Of a DNA stretch of 64,000 nucleotides, positions 20,551-32,128 are shown piece by piece. The stretch covers positions 32,001 to 96,000 of the forward strand of contig CAXXSM010000118.1 of assembly GCA_963663405.2 (NCBI GenBank), given 5' to 3'. This DNA is from a bacterium. Its GTDB lineage: Bacteria; Hinthialibacterota; Hinthialibacteria; Hinthialibacterales; Hinthialibacteraceae. Every line of letters begins with the position of its first letter. The first letter of the stretch is position 1. Under the pieces are notes generated by a model. The model saw only the letters and a program-made list of their open reading frames with translations, did no database searches and had not been told where the DNA came from. The position numbers and the translations under genes are program-made.

Positions 20551-21276
20551 GTGAGTGATACCGCCACTGCTAGCATGATGGGAACCGCGACACTGAACGC
20601 TCCAGCATGGGGTCAAAGCGAACCGGTTTGTGAGGGTGAGACACGATCGAAGACCGGTCGAGAGACCCGGCTAATGAAATGGGATGAAGAAACTACAGAC
20701 GAGCAATTGATGCTCGCATGTCAAAAGGGACGTGAGGACGCGCTGGAAATTCTTTATAAGCGTTTCTATCGCCAAATCTTTTTGTTTATCGTACGGATCG
20801 TGCAAGATCGGCACCTGGCTGAAGACCTTGCGCAGGAGACGTTTTTACGGATTTACAACAACCGGACCGCATGGCAGCCACGTTCGAAATTCAGCTCATG
20901 GATCTATCGAATCGCGCGAAATCTCTGTATCGATGAGAAACGGCGCTACTGGAACCGGATGGTCCACATGGATTCCCAGTTCAAAGAAAGCGCTGAATTC
21001 GGTCAATCCACTTTCCTCTCCCGTGTGGAAGATAATAATGGGGACGCCCGTGACGCCTACTACTCCAAAATTGATGAAGATACGATTAAACAAGCGATTA
21101 ATCAACTTTCGGAAGAACAGAGGGAAGTGATTATTCTTAATAAATACCAAGGTCTCTCCTACCAGGAAATCGGAGAGATACTTGGCGCCTCTCCTGAATC
21201 CATCAAACAGCGGGCCTATCGCGCCCATCTTAAACTCCGGCGTATATTGGAACCGATTTTGAAAGAATACGCATAA
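20551..21276 (+). CDS. ECF sigma-70 factor
   Basis: Region 2 AEDLAQETFLR...FSSWIYRIARNLCID; region 4 GLSYQEIGEILG...IKQRAYRA. The true start may be further downstream. Confidence 0.9.
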   Translation: MSDTATASMMGTATLNAPAWGQSEPVCEGETRSKTGRETRLMKWDEETTDEQLMLACQKGREDALEILYKRFYRQIFLFIVRIVQDRHLAEDLAQETFLRIYNNRTAWQPRSKFSSWIYRIARNLCIDEKRRYWNRMVHMDSQFKESAEFGQSTFLSRVEDNNGDARDAYYSKIDEDTIKQAINQLSEEQREVIILNKYQGLSYQEIGEILGASPESIKQRAYRAHLKLRRILEPILKEYA

Positions 21277-21394
21277 TTCATGGACAGAAAATACCTGATC
21301 GTAAAATAAGTTACCTTTTTCTACTAGGAACGTTGCTTTAGTTGAATGTAATATGCTATAAATACATGAATTGTCTTGGTGAGGTTAGAGTGAC

Positions 21395-22117
21395 ATGAAT
21401 GAAGTGAATTGTCCGTTCAATCAAGAGTTATTATCGGCCTTCGCTACGGGGAACGTCGATCCCGATGAGCGGAAAATCGTCGAGCGTCATCTCGCCCAAT
21501 GTCCTGAATGCCGCCGTGAAGTTGTCAAATTTGAAGAAACCTGGTGGCTTCTTGACACGTGGGAAGTAAAAGAGGAACGGATTCCACTCCAATTCGACGC
21601 GCTTTACGGCCGGTTGTTAGAAACTCGTCAGAAGGAAAGTCCCTGGCGCCGGTTTTGGGATTCACTTTCGTTTTACCAAACAAGATTCAATCTCCGTCCC
21701 GCGTTCGTTTTCGCGACGGTTTTAGCCGCTATAATGCTCTATCCGGCCTTCCTCTATTTATTTACGAATGATAACATCTCCACTCCCGGCAATCCCGTTC
21801 TAGTCAAGAATAATTACCCGGAAATAACCGGCGCCGATTTGAGTTCCGATCCGATTCCGAGTGGGGTCGTTTCGGGTGTGTCGGAAGCGGAACTAAATTA
21901 TATGTTTACCAAAGCGGTTGACGAGAGCCGAAACGATCCCCCCGCAACTGAACAACCAGGGGTACGTGTTGATATGGCCCATTTAACCGGCATGTATTTT
22001 GCTCCCAACGAGAATATGCCCGTCAACAACATTCTTACAACGCAAGAATTAAGTGAGTTGCAACCTTTCGACAACACCATCCCGAATCCTGGCACACGAA
22101 TACGAATAGGATACTAA
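21395..22117 (+). CDS. ZAS (zf-HC2) anti-sigma factor, single TM
   Basis: HLAQCPEC (HxxxCxxC), TM segment, directly downstream of the ECF sigma. Confidence 0.82.
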   Translation: MNEVNCPFNQELLSAFATGNVDPDERKIVERHLAQCPECRREVVKFEETWWLLDTWEVKEERIPLQFDALYGRLLETRQKESPWRRFWDSLSFYQTRFNLRPAFVFATVLAAIMLYPAFLYLFTNDNISTPGNPVLVKNNYPEITGADLSSDPIPSGVVSGVSEAELNYMFTKAVDESRNDPPATEQPGVRVDMAHLTGMYFAPNENMPVNNILTTQELSELQPFDNTIPNPGTRIRIGY

Positions 22118-22306
22118 ACGAGAAATTCCATAACACTTAAAATTAATTCACCGGCTTCCATCCTCTTTGTCCGCTCCATTCTGAATACTAACCTTTCCGA
22201 GATGCAATATCGTTATAAGATCAAATTCACATTGACAGCGCAACGATCAATCACTTGTCCATTCCAATAGATGAGAAACAGTGGATAGAAAATCAGCAGG
22301 TATTAA

Positions 22307-23482
22307 ATGAAATTTAAGTATTGGCGTTTAATTCCATGGCTCACCGCTACACTCCTCGTGGGATTCTTTCTCTATCTAACGTGGGGTTCATCCATTCCCC
22401 CGATGATCGCTGCGGTACAATCCGGATCACTCGAAAAAGTACAAAAATGTATTCGCTATCAAGCGGATCTGAACGCTCGCAGGCAAGATGGTTTCACTCC
22501 CCTTATGCTCGCGGTGACGATGGGCCGGGACGATATGGTTCAAGCCTTAATTGACGCAGGCGCCATAAGCAATGATGAAAATGTGTTATCACTAGCTATA
22601 CGCTTTGATAAACCAGCCTGTATAAAGGCGCTGGCCGACGCGAACGTGGATATAATCACCACCGCGATTCATCCACAATTACTCAGAGCGATTCACAATA
22701 ACAGTGTTGAATGCGTAAAAATCCTTCTTGATCATGGCGCGGATGTCAATCAATTTTATTACGACGATTTTCCATTGCTGATCGCTTGCCAAAAAAATTC
22801 GATCGAAATCGTTAAAATTCTATTGGAACGGGGCGCCAAAGTGAATGGTGTTCTTGCGGAAGTGGCGGACCAGGATGATTTTGAGATCTTTGAATTATTA
22901 CTCGCCCATGGAGCGGATATCAATGAAACAGGCATCTCCAACAAAAGCCGATTGCTCCGTTTTACGCCCTTATCGTTCGCTGCGTACAAAGGGAAATTAA
23001 AAAATATTCAATTCTTTCTTGACCATGGAGCGAAATTCAAACCCGCGGCAAAAAACCAATGGAACGCGCTTCGAAATGCGGCTCATAATGGTCATCTTGA
23101 AGTGGTCAAATTCCTCTTTGAGAAAGATCTTGATACACAAGGCGCTCTCGTCTCCGCGGCGCAAAATGGTCATCTTGCAGTGGTCAAATTTCTCTTGGAG
23201 AAACACGCCGATCCCAAAGGCGCTTTAGCCTCCGCGGCGTCAAAAGGCCATCTCGAAGTGATGAAAGTCCTCTTACAACACGGGGTGGATTCGAACGAAC
23301 TCCATGCCGCTCTCAGGGCGGCGGTCGCTCTTGGACAATTGGACGCGGTTCAGTTATTGATTGATTCAGGTGTGGATGTCAACATACGAAACCAGGATGG
23401 GAAAACCGCCCTGCAATGCGCGATTGAATACAAAGATGTCGAAATCGCGAACCTCCTCAAACAAGCCGGCGCAGTCGAGTGA
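22307..23482 (+). CDS. ankyrin-repeat protein with N-terminal signal/TM
   Basis: Multiple TPLxxA...GxxxxVxxLLxxGAD repeats. Confidence 0.9.
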   Translation: MKFKYWRLIPWLTATLLVGFFLYLTWGSSIPPMIAAVQSGSLEKVQKCIRYQADLNARRQDGFTPLMLAVTMGRDDMVQALIDAGAISNDENVLSLAIRFDKPACIKALADANVDIITTAIHPQLLRAIHNNSVECVKILLDHGADVNQFYYDDFPLLIACQKNSIEIVKILLERGAKVNGVLAEVADQDDFEIFELLLAHGADINETGISNKSRLLRFTPLSFAAYKGKLKNIQFFLDHGAKFKPAAKNQWNALRNAAHNGHLEVVKFLFEKDLDTQGALVSAAQNGHLAVVKFLLEKHADPKGALASAASKGHLEVMKVLLQHGVDSNELHAALRAAVALGQLDAVQLLIDSGVDVNIRNQDGKTALQCAIEYKDVEIANLLKQAGAVE

Positions 23483-23640
23483 TCTCGAAGAATCCGATCC
23501 GTCAACTACACTCATCCTCATATTTTTTTAATATTTTTCTCAAAGAATACATCCGTGGGTTGTTGATGAAAATCACACTCAGTATTATGAGTATAAGCGC
23601 AAAAGCGCCATGTTTTGTCATACTATTAAGGAGCGATACT

Positions 23641-24141
23641 ATGCGGATGTCGCTTGGCAAACCCACGCCTCCTTCAGACGATCGCCGGTGGAAACTTGTT
23701 GGAGCGGCGATGCGCCGTCACGGTTTTCAGCCCCATGCGTTGATTGAAACGCTGCACTCGGTACAAGGCGCATTCGGATATTTAGATGAGGACGCGTTCC
23801 GTTTTGTCGCCAGTTCTCTTCGCGTCCCCCTCAGTCATGTTTATGGTGTCGCCACGTTTTACCATTTTTTTAAACTCAAACCCCAAGGCGAACACACCTG
23901 CGTTATTTGTATGGGAACCGCGTGCTACATCAAGGGCGCAAATAAAATTCTAGAAGCCGTTCATGAAGAGTACGACATCAAACCGGGTGAAACGACCGAA
24001 GACGGCAAGCTCTCACTTCTGACCGCCCGCTGTATTGGAACTTGCGGGATCGCTCCGGCGGTTGTGTTTGACGGTGAGATCGTTGGAGGAGTCACTCCAG
24101 ACGACGCCTTAACCCGGATTCGGAGGTGGACGGAAAAATGA
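23641..24141 (+). CDS. hoxE: bidirectional NAD-linked hydrogenase subunit HoxE
   Basis: [22 protein letters not shown] and CIGTC [2Fe-2S] ligands; AAGGAG RBS before 23641. Confidence 0.9.
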   Translation: MRMSLGKPTPPSDDRRWKLVGAAMRRHGFQPHALIETLHSVQGAFGYLDEDAFRFVASSLRVPLSHVYGVATFYHFFKLKPQGEHTCVICMGTACYIKGANKILEAVHEEYDIKPGETTEDGKLSLLTARCIGTCGIAPAVVFDGEIVGGVTPDDALTRIRRWTEK

Positions 24142-25781
24142 CACCGGAAGAACTGATCCAAATCGCCGAGGACGAACGTGAATCCCGTCAAAAATATAAA
24201 TATACCCTTTCTGTTTGCACCGCCGTTGGATGCCTCTCATCCCACGGCGATAAAGTCGTCGAATCGCTGACCGAGGCGATCAAAAAAGAAGGCCGTGAAG
24301 AGGAATACCTCTGCAAAGGAGTCGGTTGTCTGGGCCTATGCTCCGAAGGGCCGCTGGTTCTTGTTGAACCGGATGGGCTGCTATACGGGAAAGTCAAACC
24401 CGAAGACGCGGAAGAGATCATTCAAAGCCTTGGTAAAGAACCGGTCAGCCGTCTACTTGTTCCGACAGACATCCCCTTCTTCCAAAAACAAGAAAAAATC
24501 GTATTGGAAAATTCCGGGAAGATCGATCCGACACGATTGGAAGATTATATCGCCGCCGATGGGTATGACGCCTTGATCCAAGTCATCACGGAGATGACAC
24601 CGGATGAAGTCATCGAAGAAATCGTCCACAGCGGCCTGCGTGGACGCGGGGGAGCCGGATATCCCACTGGCTTAAAATGGAGCACAGTCGCTAAAGGCAT
24701 AGGCGATACGAAATACGTCGTCTGCAACGCGGACGAAGGGGATCCGGGCGCATTTATGGATCGCAGCGTTCTCGAAAGCGATCCCCACCGGGTGCTCGAA
24801 GGCATGGCGATCGCCGCGTATGCGATCGGCGCCACGTTAGGCTATATCTACGTCCGCGCTGAATATCCACTGGCGATTGAACGGCTGCAAAACGCGATTA
24901 AGCAAGCGGAACGCGCCGGATTGCTTGGCAATCATATCTGCTCGACCACATTCGGTTTTAGCATCCAGGTCCGACTTGGCGCCGGCGCTTTTGTCTGCGG
25001 TGAGGAGACCGCCCTGCTCGCTTCAATCGAAGGAAAACGCGGTGTGCCTCGCCCAAGGCCTCCCTACCCAGCCGTAAGCGGACTGTGGGGTTGTCCCACA
25101 CTTATTAATAATGTAGAAACTTTCGCCAACATCGCGCCCATTATTCGGAAGGGCGCTGAGTGGTACGCGAATATCGGCACGGAAAAAAGCAAAGGTACGA
25201 AAGTCTTCGCTCTCGCCGGCCGGGTCAATCATACCGGCTTGATCGAAATCCCGATGGGGGTTTCTCTCCGTGAAATTATCTTTGAAATCGGCGGTGGGAT
25301 TCCAGAAGACCGTCAATTTAAAGCGATTCAGACAGGCGGCCCATCCGGAGGATGCATTCCCGAACAACATCTCGATGTTTCCGTCGACTATGAATCCCTG
25401 AATGAACTAGGCGCGATTATGGGTTCCGGCGGTATGATCGTTATGGATGAAACATCAAGTATGGTCGATGTCGCCAAATTCTTCATGGAATTCTGCATGA
25501 CGGAATCGTGTGGCAAATGCGTGCCGTGCCGCGTAGGGACAGCCCAAATTTACAATTTCTTATGCAAAATCATGGACGGGAGAGCGTCGCCCGACGATTT
25601 GGAATTCCTTGAGAAACTCTGCAATATAGTGAAAGAAGCGAGTTTGTGTGGATTGGGGCAGACCGCGCCCAATCCGGTTCTCAGCACGCTTCGTTATTTC
25701 CGCCATGAATATCTGGATTATATCGTCAAAAAAGATACGCGCGCAGAAATTGGTGAGGCGCTGTCAACCAAGGAGGCGTAG
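24138..25781 (+). CDS. hoxF: diaphorase flavoprotein HoxF (NuoF-like)
   Basis: [35 protein letters not shown]...C; ATGA overlap with hoxE. Confidence 0.92.
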   Translation: MTPEELIQIAEDERESRQKYKYTLSVCTAVGCLSSHGDKVVESLTEAIKKEGREEEYLCKGVGCLGLCSEGPLVLVEPDGLLYGKVKPEDAEEIIQSLGKEPVSRLLVPTDIPFFQKQEKIVLENSGKIDPTRLEDYIAADGYDALIQVITEMTPDEVIEEIVHSGLRGRGGAGYPTGLKWSTVAKGIGDTKYVVCNADEGDPGAFMDRSVLESDPHRVLEGMAIAAYAIGATLGYIYVRAEYPLAIERLQNAIKQAERAGLLGNHICSTTFGFSIQVRLGAGAFVCGEETALLASIEGKRGVPRPRPPYPAVSGLWGCPTLINNVETFANIAPIIRKGAEWYANIGTEKSKGTKVFALAGRVNHTGLIEIPMGVSLREIIFEIGGGIPEDRQFKAIQTGGPSGGCIPEQHLDVSVDYESLNELGAIMGSGGMIVMDETSSMVDVAKFFMEFCMTESCGKCVPCRVGTAQIYNFLCKIMDGRASPDDLEFLEKLCNIVKEASLCGLGQTAPNPVLSTLRYFRHEYLDYIVKKDTRAEIGEALSTKEA

Positions 25782-25783
25782 AG

Positions 25784-26503
25784 ATGAGCGCGTCGATCAG
25801 TGTTGTAACCTTTAAAATCGATGAGAAAGACGTCAGCGCCCGGTCGGATGAAACCATCCTTGAAGTCGCCCGCCAGAATGGAATCTTTATTCCAACACTC
25901 TGTTATCTTGAAGGATTGACTCCCATTGGGGCGTGCCGGCTTTGCATGGTTGAAATCAAGGGATCACCGAAACTTTTCCCATCCTGCGTCACGCGCGTCG
26001 CGGAAGGCATCGAAGTGATCACCGACTCAAAACGTCTGTATAAATACCGGCTCCGTATTTTAGAATTTCTCTTTTCCGAACGCAATCATGTCTGTTCCGT
26101 CTGTGTCTCCAATGGGCATTGTGAACTGCAAACCCTCGCGGAAAAACTCGGTTTGACGCATGTCCGTGTCCCCTATTTATACCCCAATCAGCCTGTTGAC
26201 GCTTCCCACGAGCGATTTGTCGTGGATCATAACCGATGTGTCTTATGCTCGCGTTGCGTCAGAGTATGCGAGGAAATTGAGGGCGCTCATACCTGGGATA
26301 TCATGTCGCGGGGGATTAATTCCCGTGTCATTAACGACCTTAACAGCCGGTGGGGTGAATCGGAAACCTGCACCAGCTGCGGGAAATGCGTTCATGTCTG
26401 TCCGACTGGCGCTTTGTTCGAAAAAGGAAAATCGACCGCTGAAATGTTAAAGAAACAACAATTTCTACCGTATTTAACCTGGTTGAAAGAAGGGCGGAAA
26501 TGA
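25784..26503 (+). CDS. hoxU: diaphorase Fe-S subunit HoxU
   Basis: IPTLC...GACRLC, HVCSVC...C, CVLCSRC, CTSCGKC..CP. Confidence 0.92.
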   Translation: MSASISVVTFKIDEKDVSARSDETILEVARQNGIFIPTLCYLEGLTPIGACRLCMVEIKGSPKLFPSCVTRVAEGIEVITDSKRLYKYRLRILEFLFSERNHVCSVCVSNGHCELQTLAEKLGLTHVRVPYLYPNQPVDASHERFVVDHNRCVLCSRCVRVCEEIEGAHTWDIMSRGINSRVINDLNSRWGESETCTSCGKCVHVCPTGALFEKGKSTAEMLKKQQFLPYLTWLKEGRK

Positions 26504-27033
26504 GTAAATTGACATTCGCCACTGTTTGGCTCGATGGTTGTTCCGGTTGTCACATGTCCTTTTTGGATCTCGATCAGAGATTAATTGAACTCGGAGACGC
26601 CGTCGAAGTCGTCTACAGCCCTTTAGTGGATAACAAAGAATTCCCGATCGGTGTGGATATTACTCTTGTTGAGGGAGCGGTCAGCAGCGAAGAAGACAGG
26701 GATAAAATCACCATGATCCGGCAACGGACAAAAACCCTAGTCTCGCTTGGAGACTGCGCCGTGACCGCCAACGTGCCATCCATGAGAAATCCGTTTAAAG
26801 TGGACGCCGTGCTGGACCGCGCGTACAACGAGAACGTGACGATCAAATCCCAAATTCCAAACGAAGTCATTCCATCGTTGTTACCCTATTCCCGCCCGGT
26901 ACACGAAGTGGTTTCGGTCGATGTCTTTATCCCCGGCTGTCCACCCCCGGCGGACGTGATCTACGAAGCGCTTACCGCTTTACTCGAAGGCCAGCCTCTC
27001 GATCTCACCGGCAAAACCCGATTCGGCGCCTAG
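26500..27033 (+). CDS. hoxY: group 3d hydrogenase small subunit HoxY
   Basis: [20 protein letters not shown]; 177 aa. Confidence 0.92.
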   Translation: MSKLTFATVWLDGCSGCHMSFLDLDQRLIELGDAVEVVYSPLVDNKEFPIGVDITLVEGAVSSEEDRDKITMIRQRTKTLVSLGDCAVTANVPSMRNPFKVDAVLDRAYNENVTIKSQIPNEVIPSLLPYSRPVHEVVSVDVFIPGCPPPADVIYEALTALLEGQPLDLTGKTRFGA

Positions 27034-27046
27034 GAGAACTTAAACA

Positions 27047-28474
27047 ATGGCAAAGAAAATTGTTATCGATCCGGTAACACGGATTGAAGGACACGCCAAA
27101 ATCACGATCCATTTGGATGACAGCGGCGCTGTACACGACGCCCAGTTTCATGTTACGCAATTTCGTGGATTTGAAAAACTGTGTGAGGGACGCCCCTTTT
27201 ATGAGATGCCCTCCCTGATGGCGCGTATTTGTGGGATCTGTCCGGTGGCGCATCTCGTCACATCGGCCAAAGCCTGCGATCATATCATGGCGGTCCGTAT
27301 CCCCGAAACAGCGTTCAATCTCCGGCGCATTTTGATCCTCGCTTCGATTCTCCAATCGCACGCGCTCAGCTTTTTCCATCTCTCCTCTCCCGATTTCCTG
27401 CTCGGAATGGATTCCGATCCCGCTAAGCGCAATATTTTCGAAATTATGAAATGCCATCCAACCTTGGCGAAAGATGGTGTCCGGCTGCGACAAATCGGCC
27501 AGCAGATCATCAAGTGGCTGGGAGGCAAGAAAATCCATCCCGCCTGGGTCGTTCCCGGCGGTGTCAACGAACCCCTTTCATCGGAACTACGCGACCGCAT
27601 CCTCGCGGTTCTCCCAGAAGCGTTGAGCATCACCCAGCGAAACTTGGATTGGTTTAAAAAGACCATCGACAAATTTCAACAGGAAATCCGCACTTTCGCC
27701 AACTTCCCTTCCCTCTTCATGGGATTGGTGAAACCGGATGGCGCGTTGGAAACCTATCATGGCAGCCTTCGTATTGTCGACGCCACCGGCAAGATTGTAG
27801 AAAACGGGCTGGATCCTTCTAAATTCAACGAATATATCGGAGAAGCGGTCGAATCCTGGTCCTATTTAAAATCCCCTTATTACAAACCATTAGGCTACCC
27901 ACAGGGCATCTACCGGGTCGGCCCCTTGGCGCGATTAAACTTGATCGATCATATCGGTTCTCCTCTCGCGGATCAGGAATGGGCGGAATTCCGGTCTCTC
28001 GAACGGGGCGCTGTGCTCAGTTCATTCCATTTCCATTACGCGCGCCTTGTTGAAATCTTGATGTGCGTCGAACGAATAGAACGCATCCTTAACGAGCCCG
28101 ACATTCTCAGCAAACACGTCCGCGCTTTTGCGGGAGTGAACAACCTTGAAGGCATAGGAGTAACCGAAGCGCCTCGCGGAACGCTGTTCCATCACTACAA
28201 AGTCAATGAGGAAGGCCTGATTACATGGGCCAATATGATTATCGCTACCGGCAACAACAATCTCGCCATGAACCGGGGGATCTTGCAAGCGGCGAAGCAT
28301 TACATCGACGGCAATAATATCACGGAAGGGATGCTCAACCGAGTCGAAGCTGTTATCCGTTGTTACGATCCGTGCCTGAGCTGCTCGACACACGCGCTGG
28401 GCCAGATGCCGATGCGCGTTCAACTCATCGGTCCCGATGGAGACTTGATCAGCGAACGCTGTAGATCCTCATGA
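27047..28474 (+). CDS. hoxH: group 3d [NiFe]-hydrogenase large subunit HoxH
   Basis: TRIEGH, L1 [16 protein letters not shown]2 DPCLSCSTH followed by a cleavable C-terminal extension. Confidence 0.94.
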   Translation: MAKKIVIDPVTRIEGHAKITIHLDDSGAVHDAQFHVTQFRGFEKLCEGRPFYEMPSLMARICGICPVAHLVTSAKACDHIMAVRIPETAFNLRRILILASILQSHALSFFHLSSPDFLLGMDSDPAKRNIFEIMKCHPTLAKDGVRLRQIGQQIIKWLGGKKIHPAWVVPGGVNEPLSSELRDRILAVLPEALSITQRNLDWFKKTIDKFQQEIRTFANFPSLFMGLVKPDGALETYHGSLRIVDATGKIVENGLDPSKFNEYIGEAVESWSYLKSPYYKPLGYPQGIYRVGPLARLNLIDHIGSPLADQEWAEFRSLERGAVLSSFHFHYARLVEILMCVERIERILNEPDILSKHVRAFAGVNNLEGIGVTEAPRGTLFHHYKVNEEGLITWANMIIATGNNNLAMNRGILQAAKHYIDGNNITEGMLNRVEAVIRCYDPCLSCSTHALGQMPMRVQLIGPDGDLISERCRSS

Positions 28475-28914
28475 ATGTCCTAGTAATCGGCTACGGAAAT
28501 TCGCTGCGGGGAGATGACGGATTAGGGATCTACGCCGCGAACCAAATCGCCGAAGACAATCCAGACGGAAGTGTACACTTTATTACCTGTCACCAACTCA
28601 CTCCCGAACTTGCTGAAGTATTCTCTCAATACAACCGAATCCTCTTCATCGACGCCAACGTCAAAGGCGTTCCAGGCGAATTCCATCATCAAATCGTAGA
28701 ACCTTCCGCCTTTTCAACTCCGTCGTGCATTCATCACCTCGACCCATCCACACTACTCGCCTACACAAAAGAACTGTATGGGCGTCAACCGGAAGCCATA
28801 GCCCTTTCGATTACCGGCGCCTGCTTTGATTATAGAGAAGAACTATCCCCCGAAGTAAACGCCGCCCTGCCCCAGTTATATCAACATGCTCAGGATTTCA
28901 TTCAGCAAAAGTAA
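28471..28914 (+). CDS. hoxW: hydrogenase maturation protease
   Basis: [26 protein letters not shown]; overlaps the hoxH stop. Confidence 0.88.
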   Translation: MNVLVIGYGNSLRGDDGLGIYAANQIAEDNPDGSVHFITCHQLTPELAEVFSQYNRILFIDANVKGVPGEFHHQIVEPSAFSTPSCIHHLDPSTLLAYTKELYGRQPEAIALSITGACFDYREELSPEVNAALPQLYQHAQDFIQQK

Positions 28915-28977
28915 ACCTATCAACTATACTCGTAACGGGCCAAATGCTACTATAGTTCAAAACAGAGGCGCTGCATC

Positions 28978-30348
28978 ATGACGCCATCCAACGGGAGACA
29001 GCACATGCAAAAAGACACCAATCTAACACGAAGACATTTTATCGAAACAGCGGGCAAAGGCGCGGCGGCGTTGACCGCGGTCCAGATTGTAAAGGGGAAT
29101 CCAAGAGCCAGCGCGGCAAACAGCACAGTCGGCGTTGGCCATATCGGCTTGGGCGTGCGCGGGGGCACCTTGATTAGCCAAGTCGCTGGCAGGCAGTTGG
29201 GGGGCGGCGTGAAAGGCGCGAAAGTGGTTGCGGTCTGTGATGTGTATAAACAACACCTGCAAAAAGGCGTCCAACGCAGCATGAATCCCGATGTCAAAAC
29301 CTACGTGGACTATCAAGACTTGCTAGCTGATCCCGCCGTGGACGCGGTTGTCATCGCCACACCTGACCACTGGCATTCCAAAATGGTGATCGACGCGGCC
29401 AACGCGGGGAAAGATATCTATATTGAAAAAGGCTGGACACGTACAATTCCCGAAGCCAAAGCCATGCTCGCCGCCATCAAGAAAAACAAAACCGTCATGC
29501 AACTCGGTCACCAATCCCGCTCCATGACGGCGGGAATCCAAGCCGCTGAGCTGATTCGAGACGGCGCCCTTGGTCAGGTTACCCTTGTGCGAACCGGACG
29601 GTTTGAGAATCGTCCATTGGGGAACAATATCTGGCGTTGGTATGGCTGGTATAACAATTACAATCGTCCCGACCCGGCGGAAGTGGAAAGCGAGGTCGAT
29701 TGGATGCGCTGGCTCGGTCTGGCGCCCAAACATCCGTTTAATATGGAGCGCTTTTGGCATTGGCGCTGTTATTGGGATTACGGAACCGGGATCGCTGGAG
29801 ACCTGCTGTCTCACGAAACCGACTTCGTTCATTCCGTTCTGCGGCTTGGCATTCCCGACACCTGCATGTGCGCGGGACAAAACATCCTTCTAAATGATGG
29901 GCGTGAAGTGCCCGACACATGGAGTACCGTCTTCGGTTTTCAGAAAAAAGGTTGCAACGTGACGTTCGATTGCAGTATGAATACAAGCGCGCTCGTACAG
30001 CCTCCCGAATTTCGTGGAAAAGACGCGATTCTTCGATTCGACACAATCGCCCAGTCGGTCAGCACATTTGATATCTATGCCGAACCGACATCGGTTCAAT
30101 ACCAACAACGTATTGAAGACGGTAAAATTCCCGCCGGTCCGAAGCCGTTTATGAAATACGATCCCGCCAAAACGCCCGAACAACCAAGCCACATGCAGGA
30201 TTTCATTAACTGCGTCATCAATCGCAAGAAACCAAAATGCGACGAAGACGAAGCCTTCATTGACACCGCTACGTTCCTGATGTCCGTCGCCGCCTATAAA
30301 GAACAACGCCTTGTCCGCTGGGATCCGGAAAAACAAGATATCGTGTAG
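28978..30348 (+). CDS. Tat-signal Gfo/Idh/MocA oxidoreductase
   Basis: TRRHFI twin-arginine motif, IGLGVRG, ATPDHWH, YIEKG, DLLSH. Confidence 0.87.
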   Translation: MTPSNGRQHMQKDTNLTRRHFIETAGKGAAALTAVQIVKGNPRASAANSTVGVGHIGLGVRGGTLISQVAGRQLGGGVKGAKVVAVCDVYKQHLQKGVQRSMNPDVKTYVDYQDLLADPAVDAVVIATPDHWHSKMVIDAANAGKDIYIEKGWTRTIPEAKAMLAAIKKNKTVMQLGHQSRSMTAGIQAAELIRDGALGQVTLVRTGRFENRPLGNNIWRWYGWYNNYNRPDPAEVESEVDWMRWLGLAPKHPFNMERFWHWRCYWDYGTGIAGDLLSHETDFVHSVLRLGIPDTCMCAGQNILLNDGREVPDTWSTVFGFQKKGCNVTFDCSMNTSALVQPPEFRGKDAILRFDTIAQSVSTFDIYAEPTSVQYQQRIEDGKIPAGPKPFMKYDPAKTPEQPSHMQDFINCVINRKKPKCDEDEAFIDTATFLMSVAAYKEQRLVRWDPEKQDIV

Positions 30349-30468
30349 ATCTATTCAAACCAATTTCTCACTATTTATTTTATGAGACGAAATATTACAC
30401 AAATGACATTCACAACATCTACCTTATTCAACTATAATAAATCATAATAATTAAGACCAAAAGAACAA

Positions 30469-30693
30469 ATGAAAATCGTAAAAATAAAAAGTCAAATCGA
30501 TCAAAAAGGGAAACTCCAATTGGAAATTCCAACAACGTTTCCTCCTGGTTCTGTTGATGTAATAATCATCCTTCAATCCTCGGTGGTGGAGTGCAAGGAA
30601 AACAACCTTTATGATTTTTCTGATTTGATCGGAAAGTTGGAATGGAACGGAGACGCTTTGGCCGTTCAAAAGGAATTGCGGAATGAATGGTAA
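30469..30693 (+). CDS. small putative antitoxin
   Basis: 74 aa ending DALAVQKELRNEW, overlapping the start of a PIN-type toxin remnant. Confidence 0.6.
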   Translation: MKIVKIKSQIDQKGKLQLEIPTTFPPGSVDVIIILQSSVVECKENNLYDFSDLIGKLEWNGDALAVQKELRNEW

Positions 30694-30766
30694 ACGTCTT
30701 CTTCTAGATACAAACGCTATCATTTCGCTACTACTTAAATTCAGACTTTCATTCAATATGAATTAA
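30683..30766 (+). pseudogene. truncated PIN/VapC toxin remnant
   Basis: MNGKRLLLDTNAIISLL has the PIN N-terminal LDTN motif, then stops after 27 codons. Confidence 0.65.
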
Positions 30767-30858
30767 TCTTATCCCTATCCATCAACCACCATCGACAAAC
30801 ATACTCTCTTTATGCTTAGATACATACAATCATTGAATCCAACTCAATGGAGGTTACT

Positions 30859-32097
30859 ATGTCCAATTCGTCATTCAATCGCCGTCAATTTCTCGCGCGG
30901 ACGGGAAAAGCCGCCGCTGTTCCTCTCCTCGCTTCTATATCCAATACCGTGCTGGGCGCGAACGACCGGATCTCAATCGGAATCATCGGTTGTGGAAGCC
31001 GGGGCCGCAACGCGCATATGGAACAGATTCACCGCTTCAGCGAAGAACAGAATGTCGCCATCACCGCTGTCTGCGACGTTTGGAGACAACACCGCGAACA
31101 AGCCGCGGACATGGTCAAGGAATGGTACGATCTCACTCCATTTCAATGTGAAAACTATCAAGAAATCCTTGCGCGGGATGACATCGACGCCGTCAGCATC
31201 GCCAGCCCTGACCATCATCACTGCGCCCATCTTACTGCGGCGGCCAACGCGAAGAAAGACGCGTACTGTGAAAAACCTCTCGCCATGAATATGCGCGAAT
31301 TGAACAAAGCCGTTGACGCTGTCAAGCGTAACAAAACGGTCGTTCAAATCGGCACCCAGCTCCGCAGTTGGCCATCGTTCACCGGTTGCAAAAAAGTCGT
31401 CCAAGAAGGCAAACTGGGGCAGATCATCAAATGTATGCAGGTCCGCAATTCCTACCGGCCTTATTGGCATCAATACGCCAAGCCGGTAGAAGAAAAAGAC
31501 GCGAATTGGAAAACCTTTTTGGGGAACGCCCGGCCTCGGCCCTTTGATCCCGATCGGTTCAGCGCGTGGTATGGTTACCGGGATTATTCCACCGGCGCGA
31601 TCGGCGGTTTTATGAGCCACTTTATTGATCTCGTTCACTACATTACCGGCGCCAAATTCCCCCTTACAGCGGTCACCATGGGAGGAATCTATCGATGGAA
31701 GGATCAACGCACGTGCCCCGATTCCGTCCATACACTGTTGGATTATGGTGATTTCATGGTCAGCTACTGCACAGTTTTTGGTAACAATGCGGGAAACACT
31801 ATGCGGTTTCTCGGTACAAAAGGCGATCTTGACACGACGGATTGGCGCAATCCCGTCATGAGCGGCGAAAGCGTGGAAGATCCTGACCGAATAAAAGGAA
31901 CCAGTCCCGTGCCCGAAGTATCCCGGCCGCAGCATATGGAAGACTGGCTCCAATGCCTGCGCACACGTAATAAACCGAACGCCGATATCGACGCGGGATA
32001 CCAACACGCCGTCGCCGTCCTCCTGTCCGATATGGCCATGACACATCAACGCATGATGAAATTCGATCCAGCGGCGCGCCGAATCCGCCGAGTTTAG
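30859..32097 (+). CDS. Tat-signal Gfo/Idh/MocA oxidoreductase
   Basis: NRRQFL, IGCGSRG, SPDHHH, YCEKP; GGAGG RBS. Confidence 0.88.
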   Translation: MSNSSFNRRQFLARTGKAAAVPLLASISNTVLGANDRISIGIIGCGSRGRNAHMEQIHRFSEEQNVAITAVCDVWRQHREQAADMVKEWYDLTPFQCENYQEILARDDIDAVSIASPDHHHCAHLTAAANAKKDAYCEKPLAMNMRELNKAVDAVKRNKTVVQIGTQLRSWPSFTGCKKVVQEGKLGQIIKCMQVRNSYRPYWHQYAKPVEEKDANWKTFLGNARPRPFDPDRFSAWYGYRDYSTGAIGGFMSHFIDLVHYITGAKFPLTAVTMGGIYRWKDQRTCPDSVHTLLDYGDFMVSYCTVFGNNAGNTMRFLGTKGDLDTTDWRNPVMSGESVEDPDRIKGTSPVPEVSRPQHMEDWLQCLRTRNKPNADIDAGYQHAVAVLLSDMAMTHQRMMKFDPAARRIRRV

Positions 32098-32128
32098 TTT
32101 GGAAACGATTGAAAAGGAGAAGCGTAGA

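Noticed and set aside
22307-23482. Ankyrin protein as a host-directed effector or hydrogenase accessory factor
   Set aside because: No secretion system or other linking evidence; such proteins are common in free-living bacteria.
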